Shown here: in pieces, positions 36,801 to 49,155 of the stretch | Layout: each line of letters starts with the position of its first letter | Position numbering within the stretch: position 1 is the first letter of the stretch | Assembly (NCBI GenBank): GCA_030704615.1 | Contig: CM060731.1 | Span: forward strand, 89,156,001 to 89,220,000 | Direction: 5' to 3' | DNA length: 64,000 nucleotides | From: Takakia lepidozioides | Taxonomy: Eukaryota; Plantae; Bryophyta | The notes under the pieces: model-generated | The model's database searches: none | What the model was told of the DNA's origin: nothing | Seen by the model: the letters and a program-made list of their open reading frames with translations, nothing else | Position numbers and translations under genes: made by a program

Positions 36801-39800
36801 AGAAGGACCTGATGTGAGACTCTGGAGGAGACACAGGCCTGTCCTTGAAGAGCAAAGCTGAGAACATAGCAGGCTACAGGACTCCTTAGCAAGTAGCAAG
36901 CAGAGGATTCTAGGTTGGGCTCATACACTGCTAATGTAGAGACTGGTTTAAAGTAATAAGACAGGACTGTGACAGTTCATGACCCCTCTGTTCACCACAA
37001 TATTAATTATTATGTGTTTAATTGATTAGGTGGTCACTAATGCTGACAAATGTCACGGAACTCCATAAACACTCTGTTTCAAGAAAACAAACCTCTTGAG
37101 GGTGTACTGGCAAGGAGAGTTGAGCTCTACATCTCTAGAGTCAAACACAAATGGGTAGATAGTGATAGAGATACACATAAGAAAATGAGACATACCGTCT
37201 TTTTCACCCAAAAGATAAAAGGGAATTGACGCAACTGCTTTCGTGCCTCCTTGGCTCCACTGCACACTGGCAGGGCGATATGGGTAGCCCACTGAAGGTC
37301 CCAGAATAGAGGAGCAGATTGCAGGTTCACGCATAAGTCCCAAATAGTCACGAGCCCGCCGCCACACTGATTTGTCCAAGACTTGATGAGACCGAGCCAC
37401 CTGTGCGCATACCAACGGCCAACAAGACTCAAGCTGACGAGGGAAAGAAGTTCATTACTTCCAGAGTAGGCCCAGAGGGCTATGGGGCCCACTGGAACTA
37501 CAGAAGGAAACGAATAGGCCTGTCCAAATAGCCCAAAGGATGTTCAGAGAGAGTCCAGGAGGGTTGATATCCTGGAGGCTCCTCATCCCAGAAAGGAAGG
37601 CGAGTCTTTTGTGCGAACCCATTGGCTCACTTATTCGACAAGCTCTTGTGCTTATGAGAGTGATAGTCGGCCTTCTCTAGGTCCATTCTTTAGGAGAAAA
37701 TCATTCTACTCTGCATCACATAATCCAAGCAGCTTCACGTCAGAGCCTTCTTCTTCATGTCGTTTCCCTCTGGAGATGGGATTTGTGCTTCAAGATACAG
37801 TTCAAGGCCTTTTGCCTTGCCTCCATACTGGAGGTTGGCCTCTTTGTTGCCTTTTTGGCCTCACTTTTCTTGGCTCTGCTGAGGTGTTTTGTGCAGAGGT
37901 TTTCCAATGAAGTTAAATTGAGATTTTCCCCTTTCCTCTTCAAAACAAACAAAATAATGAGTGAGAGGTGGGGGGGAGGAGAGAGGAACAGCATTTTTTT
38001 GTAAGCTTCTGGTCCACATGTCATTTGCAATATCTCGCTGGCTAAGACATCTGAAGAACAAACATTCAGCACCTGACAGTCCACTTAAAGAGGGATCTAC
38101 AAAAGGCATACCTTGGCCAGGCACACCCGGGCTCTCGGACATAGCTCCCGGTGGCATGTTGCAAGCTTTGCAATGGCAGTGACCACAAAACAAAGCAACC
38201 GGGACTGAGAGGCAATCCCAATTAGAGAACCTTCATCTCTCCGTTCAACATCTGCCTTAAAAGTAGCTGCTCGACTGTCCATGCCAAAAGTTTGTAGGAG
38301 TTAGAAGTTTGGAAAGTACATTAAAACCAAATTATGGACATACATATGTGTTCTAAGATGTAAATAAACAGATAATCTGCCTGTTCATTTCTTCTGTGGG
38401 AAAGGTGCATACATGCATGTCCCATAGACTGCAGTTCAACAAGAGCATCTGACATCTTCCTACAATCTCTTTCCATCTTTCAGAGGGACCTAGATGAGCC
38501 ACATCCATGGGTGACATAAGTGTCCAATTGCAGATTCCACAGCAGCACTGGGTAAGGTAGCTAAGTTGGTATGGAAGAACTGCTGAAAACATATAATTGG
38601 GAAATCCATACCTGTCTCTTCATGAATGAATAAGAGTTTCCGAAGCATACCTGGATGAAAGATTCTCATAGAGTAGTAGCTCAAGGGTCTCAAAAAGTTC
38701 GCGGGCTGCATCTTTGTAGCAAAGCCCACCTCCCCCATGTTCACCTACTGCCCAACACAGCTGCAGTGCTAATTCTGCCTGCAGAAATTAATAGATCAAT
38801 TATGTGTGGCAGAGAAATGAAGAGAAGATGTAGTCAGGATTGCCTTTCAGTGGCCAGACTTCTGTTGGTGTTGCTATTGGTCTAGATAATTCTAGAAGCT
38901 GGGCCCCTAGCGTTTTTTAGCTTTTTGTCTTTCTGGTTTCTAAGTTTCGCTGAGGTGCTTCGGGAAGACGTTTCCCTGTAGGGTCTGTTCTGTGCTCTTT
39001 TTGCTTGAATAGGAGAAGAAAAAAGAAAGAAATATAAACTTCATTCATGAAAGACTTAGAGGGTCTATGTGTTTTCGAGAGAGACCTCCCAGAGCCAATT
39101 GAGAGGGTTTTGGTTACCAGGCTATACAAGACTATCCCATTGTCATAGCACTGACACACACCCAACAACAATCAAGATACAGGTATTGAGTGTTTCCTGT
39201 AGGGTGTTGACATCATACAAGGAACACAATGTCATTCAAGCAGTGCTGTTGTCATCCGCAATTCGGCAACAGATTTAACATTGCTAGTCAAACAGTCTTA
39301 GGGGAATGGCGCAAGAGAATGTCATTAGATGTTCTTTCATGTAGCCTTGTGGCCATAGACCCTGCGCCCAGTTTGGGTGGAAAGAGGGAACAGACACCAC
39401 GTTTCTGAGGGGCCCACTCCAGTAGTGGGACTTACCTTGGCACAAACAATTAGTTCGGGCTTACCAGATTTCCTCCAGAGAGCCCTTTACACAAGCATCG
39501 ATCTGCTGTGTGTGAGCTGCCAGCGATGAAACCCAACAGGGTCAGGGCTTTAGAATCAGCCTCAAGATATTGGAAGTTGGTGAACAGAGGTTCAGGGACT
39601 ATGTTCTTGACAGTCCTGAAGGGCACAAGAGTTAGAGAGAGAATGTATTCATAAGACGTAGTTTGCCGTAGCCTTGCGGCCATTGACCCGTGCCCAGTTT
39701 GAGCGGACCACAAAGGGACAGAAACTACCTTTGTAAGGGGCTGACGCCGGTAGTATGACTTACCTTGAAACAAACAATTGATCCGAGTTTTCCAGATATC

Positions 39801-42800
39801 CTCTAGAAATCCGTTCACACAAACTCAATCTGCTGTGTGTGATTTGCCCAATAACTAGACCCCAAAAAGCCCCTTGGCTTTTCAAAGTTGGTAAACAGAG
39901 GTACAGGAACAATTCCCTTGATGGATTTGAAGAGGGCGTCTCTCTGGTGAGAGTACCCAGGAAATGAATCAGAAAGTGAATATTGTCTTCAGGTTCCCAA
40001 CACAACGGCCATTTGCAATGCCCATTTCCTCTCTGCATCTGTTTGCTGTTCAAAGGTAGGCTTCCCGCCCTGAGTTTATATTTCAGTCTAATGCCGAGAG
40101 TGAGTAAACCCTTGAGGTCATCATGATGGCCTCTCCAATGTCACAGACTGGAAACAAGTTCAGGGAAGTTGTCTGCCTAACGTCATTTTTGTCAGACAAT
40201 TTCCTGGCAAGAGACATGGTTTTGGACTCTACAGCCTCTAAGTCTAGACAGTTCGACAGGACGATCCCGCTTCCAAGATATAGAGTCGCTTAACTTTGGA
40301 TATCTGATGTTGGACATATGTTGCAGCTGACCCCACCATCTGACCTTGAATTCAACTGGTCGGGAGCTTAAGGAAGGGATGCCAAACTCACCCTGACAGC
40401 CACATTAGCTGTTTTGGAGCATGCTGACATGCACTCCTTGAGCACCCCCACTTGAATGGATTCTAGAGAATTAGCCTGGTTGGACTTATCAACGCACACT
40501 GCAGATGCGTACTCCAAGGCAGGCCCAATAACGCGGCAAAGCATGCTTTATTTTACTTCAGAATTGATCCCTCTGCAGTGGAAAAATTTAGTGAGACCCA
40601 GCGCTTTGCACTTGCCAGTTTGAACAACTTTCTGAATATGTGCATCCCAATTACAGTTGGAGGAAAACTCAACGCCCAGGTATGTGTAGGAAGGGAGGAC
40701 CAGAGTCTCTTGGCTTCCCCACTGCCACTTGAGATCACCTCCTCCCTCCCCTCGGTCGTTGAATGCCACCACTGCACATTTACTGACGTTAGCCTCTAGC
40801 CCCCAAAGGTCAAAGTATCTCTTCGCGCAATCAAGCAACTCCTGAAGATTGGAACGAGTCTCCCCTATGCCTGCGAAGTCATCCGCAAACATAAGGGCTG
40901 GTACGGTGGCATCACCCACCCTTAACCCAAATCCCTCACTTTCCACATCCTTGAGAAGTTGAAAACATTGAAGAGCAGAGGGGAGAGGGTACATCCTTGA
41001 GCTACACCTTGGTCTAGGTCAAAGAAGTTAAGACTTCTGACCCTTAGCAGTGACACAGCTTTTGGTGTGAGCATACAAGTTATGGACCACTCTCCACATC
41101 TTTCCCTTGATCCCAGATGACCAGAGTTGGAGCCATAGACCATCTCTCCACACTGTGTCGTAAGCCTTTTTGATATCCAGGAAAAAGACAAAAATGGGTT
41201 TCTCTTCCTTCCTTGGATAAACTGGCTTAGAGTGAAGAATCCTCGCAGCCCCTGTTTCTCCGAAAGCCAGCTTGGCCTTCATGGAAACAACCTCTAGACT
41301 CCAGATCAACCTCGAGACAAGTACTTATAACTCTGCAAAATATTGCCAACTGCAATGGGAAGCATGACGCCTCGATAGTTCCCCGGCTCTTCTCTGTCAC
41401 CGTTCTTGTGTAGATTGACAATGACCCCCTGTCGCCAGCGAAAGGGGATCATTTCAGTCTCCAAATAATATTAAAGAGAAGTACAAGGGCCTCTGTCGTG
41501 GGGTCACCACTGTGCTTGATAAGCTCGTGGACTATGCCATGTCCACCAGCTTTATATCCCTTGAAATGCTCAATTGCTTCCACAATCTCAGAAGAACTAT
41601 TTGGAGCATTATAACCTTTTGAAATATATTCCAGTTCATGAGGGCTGTCTAGAAACAGTATTTTCAACTGTGTCCTTCCATTCTTTAGAAGACCCCTCAC
41701 CGTTAGACCTAGAATTTCTGCCAAGGGTACTGTAGTGAGTTTCAAAGGTTTTAACAATGTCAATCGTTGAGGTCACCACTGCACGCTTAGTAGTCCTCAG
41801 CGCTTGTACTTGCTGACAATTTTTCGGCTTGTACAGACGTTGAAGGGCCAACCATAATCTGTTATCATTACCACCATGGCGATATGAGTTTATTTCTCTG
41901 AATAACTTGTCCCAAAATAGTTTCTTCCGAGACCTTACAAGCTGATTGATATCTTTGCAGATCTGGTAGTACCTAGCCCACAATTCTTTGTTGACTTTCG
42001 AATTGCAGCACTCTTTATAGAGGACTAGTCTCTCGGCTATCTTGAGTTTGATCTAATTGGTCCACCGATTAACAGCTCTACCGCAGACAACTTCTTGCAT
42101 TGCCAGAGTGAGACTGAAGATCTTCGAGCAAATGGACAAAGCGAGGGAGAGCCTTTTGCAAGGCCTGGACATACTCAGCCTTGACCTCTTCATTTTAGAA
42201 TTTTTCTATGCGCCACTTCTGAATCGAACGTTTCACAAATCTCTTGGTGTTGGGGAAACACCTTTTAATTTCAGTCCAAACCAGGAAGTGGTCAGGGTAC
42301 CAAAATCAGTTCTGTTGATCAACACATTGGCACTCTGGGGAAACAAATTCTTGTCCACTATGATATAATCCACAATGGATCATTCCCCAGAGAGAATGTA
42401 CTCATAGGACATTGTTTGCCGTAGCCTTGTGGCCACTGACCCGCACCCAGTTTGAGTGGAACACAAAGGGACAGAAACTACCTTTGTCAGGGGCTGAGGC
42501 CGGTAGTATGACTTACCTTGGAACAGACAACAAATCCGAGTTTTCAAGATATCCTCTAGAAATCCCTTTAAACAAGCATCAATCTGCTGTGTGTCATTTG
42601 CCCAATAACTAGGCCCCAAAAGCGCCAGAGCTTTTTTCAAAGTTGGAGAGAGAATGTACTCATAAGACGTTGTTGAGAGAGAGAGAGAGAGAGAGAGATG
42701 TACCTTAGCTGAGCTGGTATATGGTTGCCCAATTCGGTCCATAATTGGTTTCTGCAATAAATGGCCATACAAGTAGGACTTCATCACAAGAACACAACAA

Positions 42801-45800
42801 AATTGAAGACCCAAAAGAGCCCTCCCTCGATGCCATGTGCAAGGACAGTAGAGAAGCAAGCGCTCACCACCTATTTTGAATAGATGTCACGCATCTATTC
42901 CAGTTTCATGCTAGATGGAGGGCACATTAGGAAGATAGGTAGGAAAGTGTCTCGCTTTATTGCATTGTTCCATCCATAAAAGAAAGGGTAAGAAATGATT
43001 GCCTTCAGTATGGCTATGAAATGGGGCGATTGCTGAAATGCTGCGAGTATGAACTCAATCGACATCTTTTGGGCCTGCCGAAATGGAACTCCTGGACTTT
43101 AATATTCTGTCTTATCATACCAAACCCCAATAGCTCAACAGTTTCATGCAATTCTGTCGGCTGTGAGACTGACAGCATGGCATGTCTCTCTTTCTCTCCC
43201 TCTCTCAGTTCCCCGTCCTCATCCCCTCCCCCGTATTTCTTCTCAGGGGCGTATTGCCATCACGCTACATCAAGCCGCATGTACTGCATACATCATTTCT
43301 GTGTGTTTCTTATCTGCTACCAGTGCTCCGCCACAATGAACAGCAACCAAGAATGTGAACCATCAACATGGGTAAGCTAAATACAAGATGCACTGAAATA
43401 CAGGAGAGCATAGATTTGACAGATCAATTGATTGTAATACCTAGTCCCAAGTTATGAACAACATTAAAAGTTTGTTGGCCTCACCTCCAAGGAGAACTTC
43501 TGATCTGGGAATATGGCATCCACTCTCAGAAACACAATGGGCAGTAGTGCACACAACAAAGCTGTTCCATCCCATGACCAACAGTTTTATCAGTAATGCC
43601 TTACTGGACACAGGGGTACACATGAATATACAAACTATTGATAATACGAGATGCGGGAGAAAGGAAAGACAGGAAATGAAATGATATGGAAGAAAGAAAT
43701 TGACATCAACCAGAAACTCAGAGAGCTGGGACAACGCATCAGCACACCCCAGACCACACCACGACTGGGTCACATGAACAAGCACAGACAAACCACAACT
43801 GAGAGAGATACAGAGACACAGGACAAAAGAAACTTCAGAATGTCCAGAGAGGAGAGGAACAAGAAGAGTTTGATACATCCATGAAGGCCTGAGGGCCAAT
43901 GAGAACAAAGATAAGATCCTCATAAACAAATTTTGTAGTACTACAAGAGAGGCACGCACAGTCATTCACGTCCCGCAAGGCCACGCCAAAGTAGATGCGG
44001 AGCAACAAGGGCGTCAACCTCAACCCATGCTGTAGACGCTGTGATTGGACACACCCCATCATTGCTTGCAAGGCAGCAGCCATACCTGGATAGGACCAGT
44101 GACGCTCCTGCAAGCCAGTCCTCACATGAGACTAGAATCGGATGTTCTACTAAGATGGACACAAGAAGAAAAATACCTGGATACACTCATAAATGTCTGC
44201 TTATAGGACTTTGAACGAAACCATTGATAGCAAATAACTCACATCAGAAGAGAAGTCTGCCATGGCAGAAAGCCTTGCTTAAGTCATTCTTGCTTGAGGC
44301 ACTCTTGGCAACTGCAGATGTAAGGGAGCTTCAGCAGCAATTATTAGAGTAACTAATTCTGCTCTTAATCCTTTGCTATGAAACAATGTGTAGGTAAGCT
44401 TGGAAAACATTGACATACAGCCAGTCCCTCATTCTCGTCTTTCAAAAGACTTGAAAACAATGCATCAGCTTCATCTCCGGCACTTGTGCGGCCATCATCT
44501 CCAGGTTCGCCTCCCCTGGCAGCTATGGCAGAGCCCGTATATGCCTCATCCATCAAAGCAAGTAATGCCTGTCATCAGAGTCATGCAATAAGTAGGAAAT
44601 AAACAAAGTGTCCTTGGGTTCAGACCTTAAGCCTACTAAAAGATAATCTTGAATGATAGACAGGCATGCACTCACAAACATCAGCAACAAAGCTTAGAGG
44701 GGTTCATGGCTGGCATGTGAGAAAGGGGTGAAAGAGGGGAGAGGGAGAAAGAGAGTGCAAGGGCAGGTCAGGGTTTTGTTGAAAGGATCAGAATCACCTG
44801 CCTCAGGTGCAGGGCTCTTCCGACCAGCAGCAGTGCCAGTGCCTGGAAGTGAGCCAGAGCGCTGCTCCAGGTTCTCCAAGGCCAACACCAGTGCTGCAAC
44901 CATCAAATGAGCCTAAATGTTCAACCATAAACTCACCTAAGGACGTAAATTCTGTTTACAATCACATAAAAATGAGGGGACAAGGAAGGTATGGTATAGA
45001 TGCATGCATGAGAACCTCTGAAACTTGCAGACCATTGGCACATCGGAGTCCAACTTCTCTATGAAAGTCTACAGCATCCAATTTACCAGATGTATGCCAT
45101 CAGAGCAACCGGCAAAGCGTAGTTTATACAGCCAATCCTTGACAGCAGCAATCAAGCTACTGACAAGGAAGCTAAGAGAACAAGCAGTGTAGCTACAGTG
45201 CCAGGAAAAAAACCCAACCAGGAGGCAACATCTCTCAGCACGGGGATCTTGGAAAATTAAACCATATCCATACATGCTGTACAGCTTACTTGGCAGGTCA
45301 AGCAGCGCAGGAAACAATGGCAGAAATGACGAGGGCCCCATCAGAGCTGGCAACAGCTCTAGAAATGGTTTATCCAATCTGTAAGCACCAGAAAATTCTC
45401 AACGTCATTACCTTTCCAATAAATATGGCTGCAAAGCTACCCTTCATAAGGGATTCTGAGAAACAATGTGGATGCTTTCATGATGGTGGCTCAGAATTTG
45501 CAGTTCAGTTCCCTGCCTATACTCTAGCCCTTCTACTGTGCACCTGTTTGGTCTAGGACCCTTGATCTGTCTCTGCCCCCCCCATTGTAATCTCCATTGC
45601 TGTCTCTATTGTACTGTGCCTGTGGCTTCACTCTTCTCCAAGTTAGCTCTGAGTGGTGCACTCTCCCCTAATAGCTCCTTTCATTGTGGCCTCAACATTT
45701 GCCAAAGCTGTGAACAATTTGAACGTAGGCAGACAACCTTGTTCACTTTGGATCCTGATGTCATACCTTGTGGCAGACTCTGCTGCTCTTCTATGTCTCA

Positions 45801-47978
45801 TGTCCATGTCTTATTTTTCTTCCGTTAGTGCCATACTGTGTCCCTGTGCACTTAAACCTCAAATACAGTTGTATGTAGCCAACAACCTATCAAAGTTGTC
45901 CAGGAAATCTAACAGGGAGGAAGGAGATGAGCGTACATATTGCCTCCCCAAGCAACCACCTTCAAGAGAAGAGGGAAGTACTGCAATCACACGCGCACCA
46001 GAAGTCCAGGTTTAATCCTGTTCCTTTGTGAAGTAAGCTTGATGACATCAATATATTAAGAACAATGCCTTACACATCTAACACACCCATGGGAGGTGTA
46101 TATACAGCTGAGTGCAACTGACATACAGAAACATGTTAATAAGTTTGCTCCTGTTCTGTTGGATATTAATTCTGAACTAATACATTTCAGCTCCTTGTCA
46201 AGAAGTGTTCACATGCACAAGTCTTCACTTGCTTTGGGGACAGTCTTACGACTGTTATATCAACAAACAACCAATAGCGTCAACGCACCTGTGGTAGCAA
46301 GGCTGTATGGGCCAACATGAGCCTTTCTTTGTTCTGGTTCAGAAAATCAAGGGTTGCAGCAGCAACTGTGGCATCCGTGTATTGCCTGGGAGTTGACACC
46401 AATAGCAGTCAAAGATAATTTTCCCTAGGATCTCATATAATGTATCACTCAGCCCAAAAAAAGAAAAGATTGGAGGAAGTGTCGAGAGAGAGATGCACTC
46501 ACATTTTGTGAAGAGAGAAGCAGACAGGAAAGGTATTCACAGAGGACAGAAGACAGCCGTGAAGGTAATAAGACACATTGACTGAAGCTGTGAAATCAAG
46601 GCTTAGGATGAGACAAAAAGAGCAGCCCCTAAGAGGTGGAGGAGGAGACAGAAACCATCCTAACCGAGCCACCCCATGCTTCCCAGAACATTCTTTGTGA
46701 AAGATCCAAAATAAATCATAACCACACTATACAGTAAATACATACCGACTGAGGCAAGACCGAAAGAATAATTGGAGACTGGGGTCAGCATCATGCAGCA
46801 CAGCTTCTCCGTAGTCCAGAAAAAACTGTAAGATTGCCTGCTCCAACTCACCAACACAAAACACAATAAGCTCTATCTGCAATATAACCACAAGGTCCCG
46901 TTTCCCAACCCCCTAACTGGGCTTTCTATCTGGATCACCATATGTTCCTTAAGTTCATGCATCAAATGAGAGACTTCTCATGTGGATCAATGAAGAACAA
47001 GACAGAGGCAAGCAAAGATATCTTGAAACTTGAATTAATGAAAAGAGAGACTTCAATATCATTGATTCATCAATTGGTTCTGACTTCAAGGGTTTTGGGT
47101 TTATGGATAACAAGTATTTCCAGTGATAAGGCGTGATATCTACAACAAAAGACAAGGATTTGTTAGAACATATTAGGTTATCTATAGCCCTCCTTCTGTG
47201 AAAAGTTTTTTGTCACGTTTCAGATTTTGCAATGCAAACAAATGTACCCCAGAAAGGGGATAGAGGACAATTGACTTGAATGAAACTTTTCAAGATAAAT
47301 GTCGAACAGAACTGCCTCATACAGAAAAGTTAAAATAAATGCTACTTGAAAAAGTGAAATTCAAGGTCTAGAAAGAGAACGAACATACCAAGAGAAGAAG
47401 GCCAGTGCTGGATCGCGTCAAAGCTGCGGGTGCACAGCATCGCTGGAAGAGCTTTGTGAGCGGTGGGTAAACTCGAGCCACCAAGTCACCACTCTCTTCT
47501 ACCTTGCACATCTGATTCAGGTTTCTCACCTACTCACCACATCCTACCAGACAGGTTAGGGCTCACTGGACATACATTTCAACGTTGAATTCATGAAGTT
47601 CACCTTCCGGATGCAAGGGGATTAGATTACGAGACTAGCACTTCATACCATCACAGTAAAGGGGCCAAGCCAAAGTTAAGGACACAAGCGTCCAGTAAAA
47701 AAATATGCAGAAATTATCAGACCACACCACAAGAGATGCCAACTGCACGAAATTGAATTGTGAATGCAATAGGCTAGAAGGTTAGATCAGCCACATGCTC
47801 TGCACCAATCAAGGCGATGAGAAAGGAGATTAAGCAGTACCGCCAGCAGAACAGCCAAGTCGGCAGAGGCATCGGTGGAAGCAGAAGCAGGAGACTCACG
47901 CATACTGTGAGACAGCAACCGGAGCCACACGGCCCAATCTCTCTCATCCCCATCTGCCCCATTTCCTCCTTCTGCCAT
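24879..47978 (-). CDS. AP5Z1: AP-5 complex subunit zeta-1 homologue (16 exons, ~578 aa)
   Basis: Exons 47978-47841, 47529-47389, 46837-46746, 46385-46289, 45980-45937, 45378-45290, 44893-44802, 44568-44419, 44107-43960, 43561-43485, 43074-43003, 42751-42704, 38778-38651, 38274-38112, 37400-37196, 24931-24879 splice in phase (1737 nt). Recognisable plant AP-5 zeta motifs: [89 protein letters not shown]. Confidence 0.9.
25995..30127 (+). mobile_element. Non-LTR retrotransposon (RTE/RTEX-like), apparently 5'-complete with an internal deletion
   Basis: 15-bp TSD TCTATTTTCGAAACC (25980-25994, 30128-30142); AP endonuclease ([18 protein letters not shown]), RT (QAGFR, QGCTLSP, FADD) and C-terminal CPLC..HFLIHC. 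The EN-RT linker present in the 41560-42200 copy is replaced by ~60 bp near 28083-28143. Confidence 0.9.
26782..27195 (+). repeat. Three in-frame 141-bp (47-aa) tandem repeats in the LINE N-terminal region
   Basis: Units start at 26782, 26923 and 27064 (..[39 protein letters not shown]..). Confidence 0.95.
31581..31618 (+). mobile_element. 38-nt 3'-terminal stub of the LINE
   Basis: CACAAGGCTATGGCAAACAGTCTTATGAGTACAT flanked by 15-bp TSD TCTGAAATGCCCTTT (31566-31580, 31619-31633). Confidence 0.85.
31780..31858 (+). mobile_element. ~80-nt structured retroposed element, copy 2
   Basis: Flanked by 16-bp direct repeat CTCTCTATGGC(C/T)TCCA (31764-31779, 31859-31874). Confidence 0.75.
31877..34009 (+). 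mobile_element. 5'-truncated RTE/RTEX-like LINE (degenerate)
   Basis: Homologous to ~28300..30127; TSD TCTATGGCTTCCAGC (31862-31876, 34010-34024). Confidence 0.9.
33645..33994. mobile_element. hAT-type MITE (350 bp)
   Basis: TIR CAGTGTTGGGCGGTTATTTGA / TCAAATAACCGCCCAACACTG; 8-bp TSD GTCTTATG (33637-33644, 33995-34002); internal AACCG repeats. Confidence 0.92.
39330..42674 (-). mobile_element. Head-to-tail array of four 5'-truncated LINE copies in AP5Z1 intron 12
   Basis: Fragments ~42674-42654, ~42646-42396, ~42390-39643 and ~39625-39330; the first three end TATGA(G/A)TACAT followed by TCTCTCT. Confidence 0.88.
42675..42698. repeat. (GA)12 microsatellite
   Basis: Directly visible; 5 nt from the intron-12 donor. 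Confidence 0.95.
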
Positions 47979-48524
47979 ATTCTCTATACGTCAAGAGCTG
48001 TGAATGCCTTGGAGTGAAATTCTCCCAGCCTCAAATCATCCGTGCTTCTCCTTGGGCGTCTCCATCACAAGGTGTCGATACTTACTCGCACTCTGCAAAG
48101 CTCCAACCCCCCCCCCCCCGTCACTTGCAATGCTCCTCAAATGTCGAAATTCACACAAACTCTTTTTCCCAAGTTGCCTCTCTGTCAGGACCAAATTTCT
48201 TGGAAAACAGCTTGGGAAAAAACAAAAACCAAAAACAAGACATGGAATACAATAATAATGTACGAGGATCAAGTCTTGATGGACACTCAAAGACGGAGTA
48301 CTAGTGCGCTCACACAAAAGGGTTTCAAATCAAGACTTTCATGTTAGGGTAAGGGGGCTTACTTAGCATACTTAGCATACCAAGTATAGTACCCTAGATT
48401 TTTTTTTTCATTTTTTTTCAGGGGAAAGGGGAGGGAGCCCTTTCCGATCGAGCTTTATTCAAATTATTGAAGGGAAAAAAATTAAAACCCTTATATGCCA
48501 TAAAGCAGCCACGGGGCACATACT

Positions 48525-49128
48525 CACTGCGGATGGTCGTATATGACGACAACAAAAGGTGTATTGCTCTCTCAAAGAACCCGACTTTTTGTGCTCGCAC
48601 AAAATATATTGAGATTCATCATCATCTCGTATGAGAGAAGACTAAGGCAGGAGTTGTCAAATTGGTGTATTGCAATACCAACATCATTGGTTGCAGACAT
48701 ATTGACAAAAAGACTTAGTGCTGAAAAGCATGAACACTTTCGAGGCTTGATGGGAGTAGTTAAATGCTTAACTTGGTAACTCGTTGAGTAAGGGTGTTAG
48801 AAATCAACTCTTTACTAAGTTATTTCTTACTAGAATTTTGTGATAACAATTCACAGTGCCATAATAGGAGTGCTAACAAGTCATAGTTCACAATAGTGAT
48901 AAGCCTCAATTGCTTAAGTTAACAGTGACTTAAGTTGGAGTACCAAAATAGTAGTTGGAAATAACTAAAAGTTAAGCATGCAATTATGATATAGTTATCT
49001 GAACTAAATCTAGGGTATAAATATGAAGAGCTAGGAAGGGGGAAAGCTTGTTGGGTTCCTATGGTTGGGTGAAGAGCTCTCAGTAAATCATTTCATCTTT
49101 CATCCCTATTCTCTGTCAAATTCCAACA
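48525..49128 (+). mobile_element. Ty1/Copia 3' remnant (RNase H end, PPT, LTR 48795..49128)
   Basis: YDDNKRCIALSKNPTFCARTKYIEIHHH..ADILTK motifs; GAGTAAGGG then TGTTAGAA...TTCCAACA. Confidence 0.85.
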
Positions 49129-49155
49129 ATATTAGGTCATCGCAACGAGCCCACG

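Larger units (their letters stand above)
25077..36974 (+). mobile_element. Old Ty3/Gypsy chromovirus-like element with nested insertions and an internal inversion, in the last AP5Z1 intron
   Basis: LTRs 25077..25465 and 36623..36974 (TGTCAC...TGACA); TSD GTCCA/GTTCA; PBS TGGTATCAGCGC 25468-25479; PPT GAAGGGGTAGAGAA; degenerate gag, protease, RT, RNase H, integrase and chromodomain-like tail ([17 protein letters not shown]). Confidence 0.9.
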
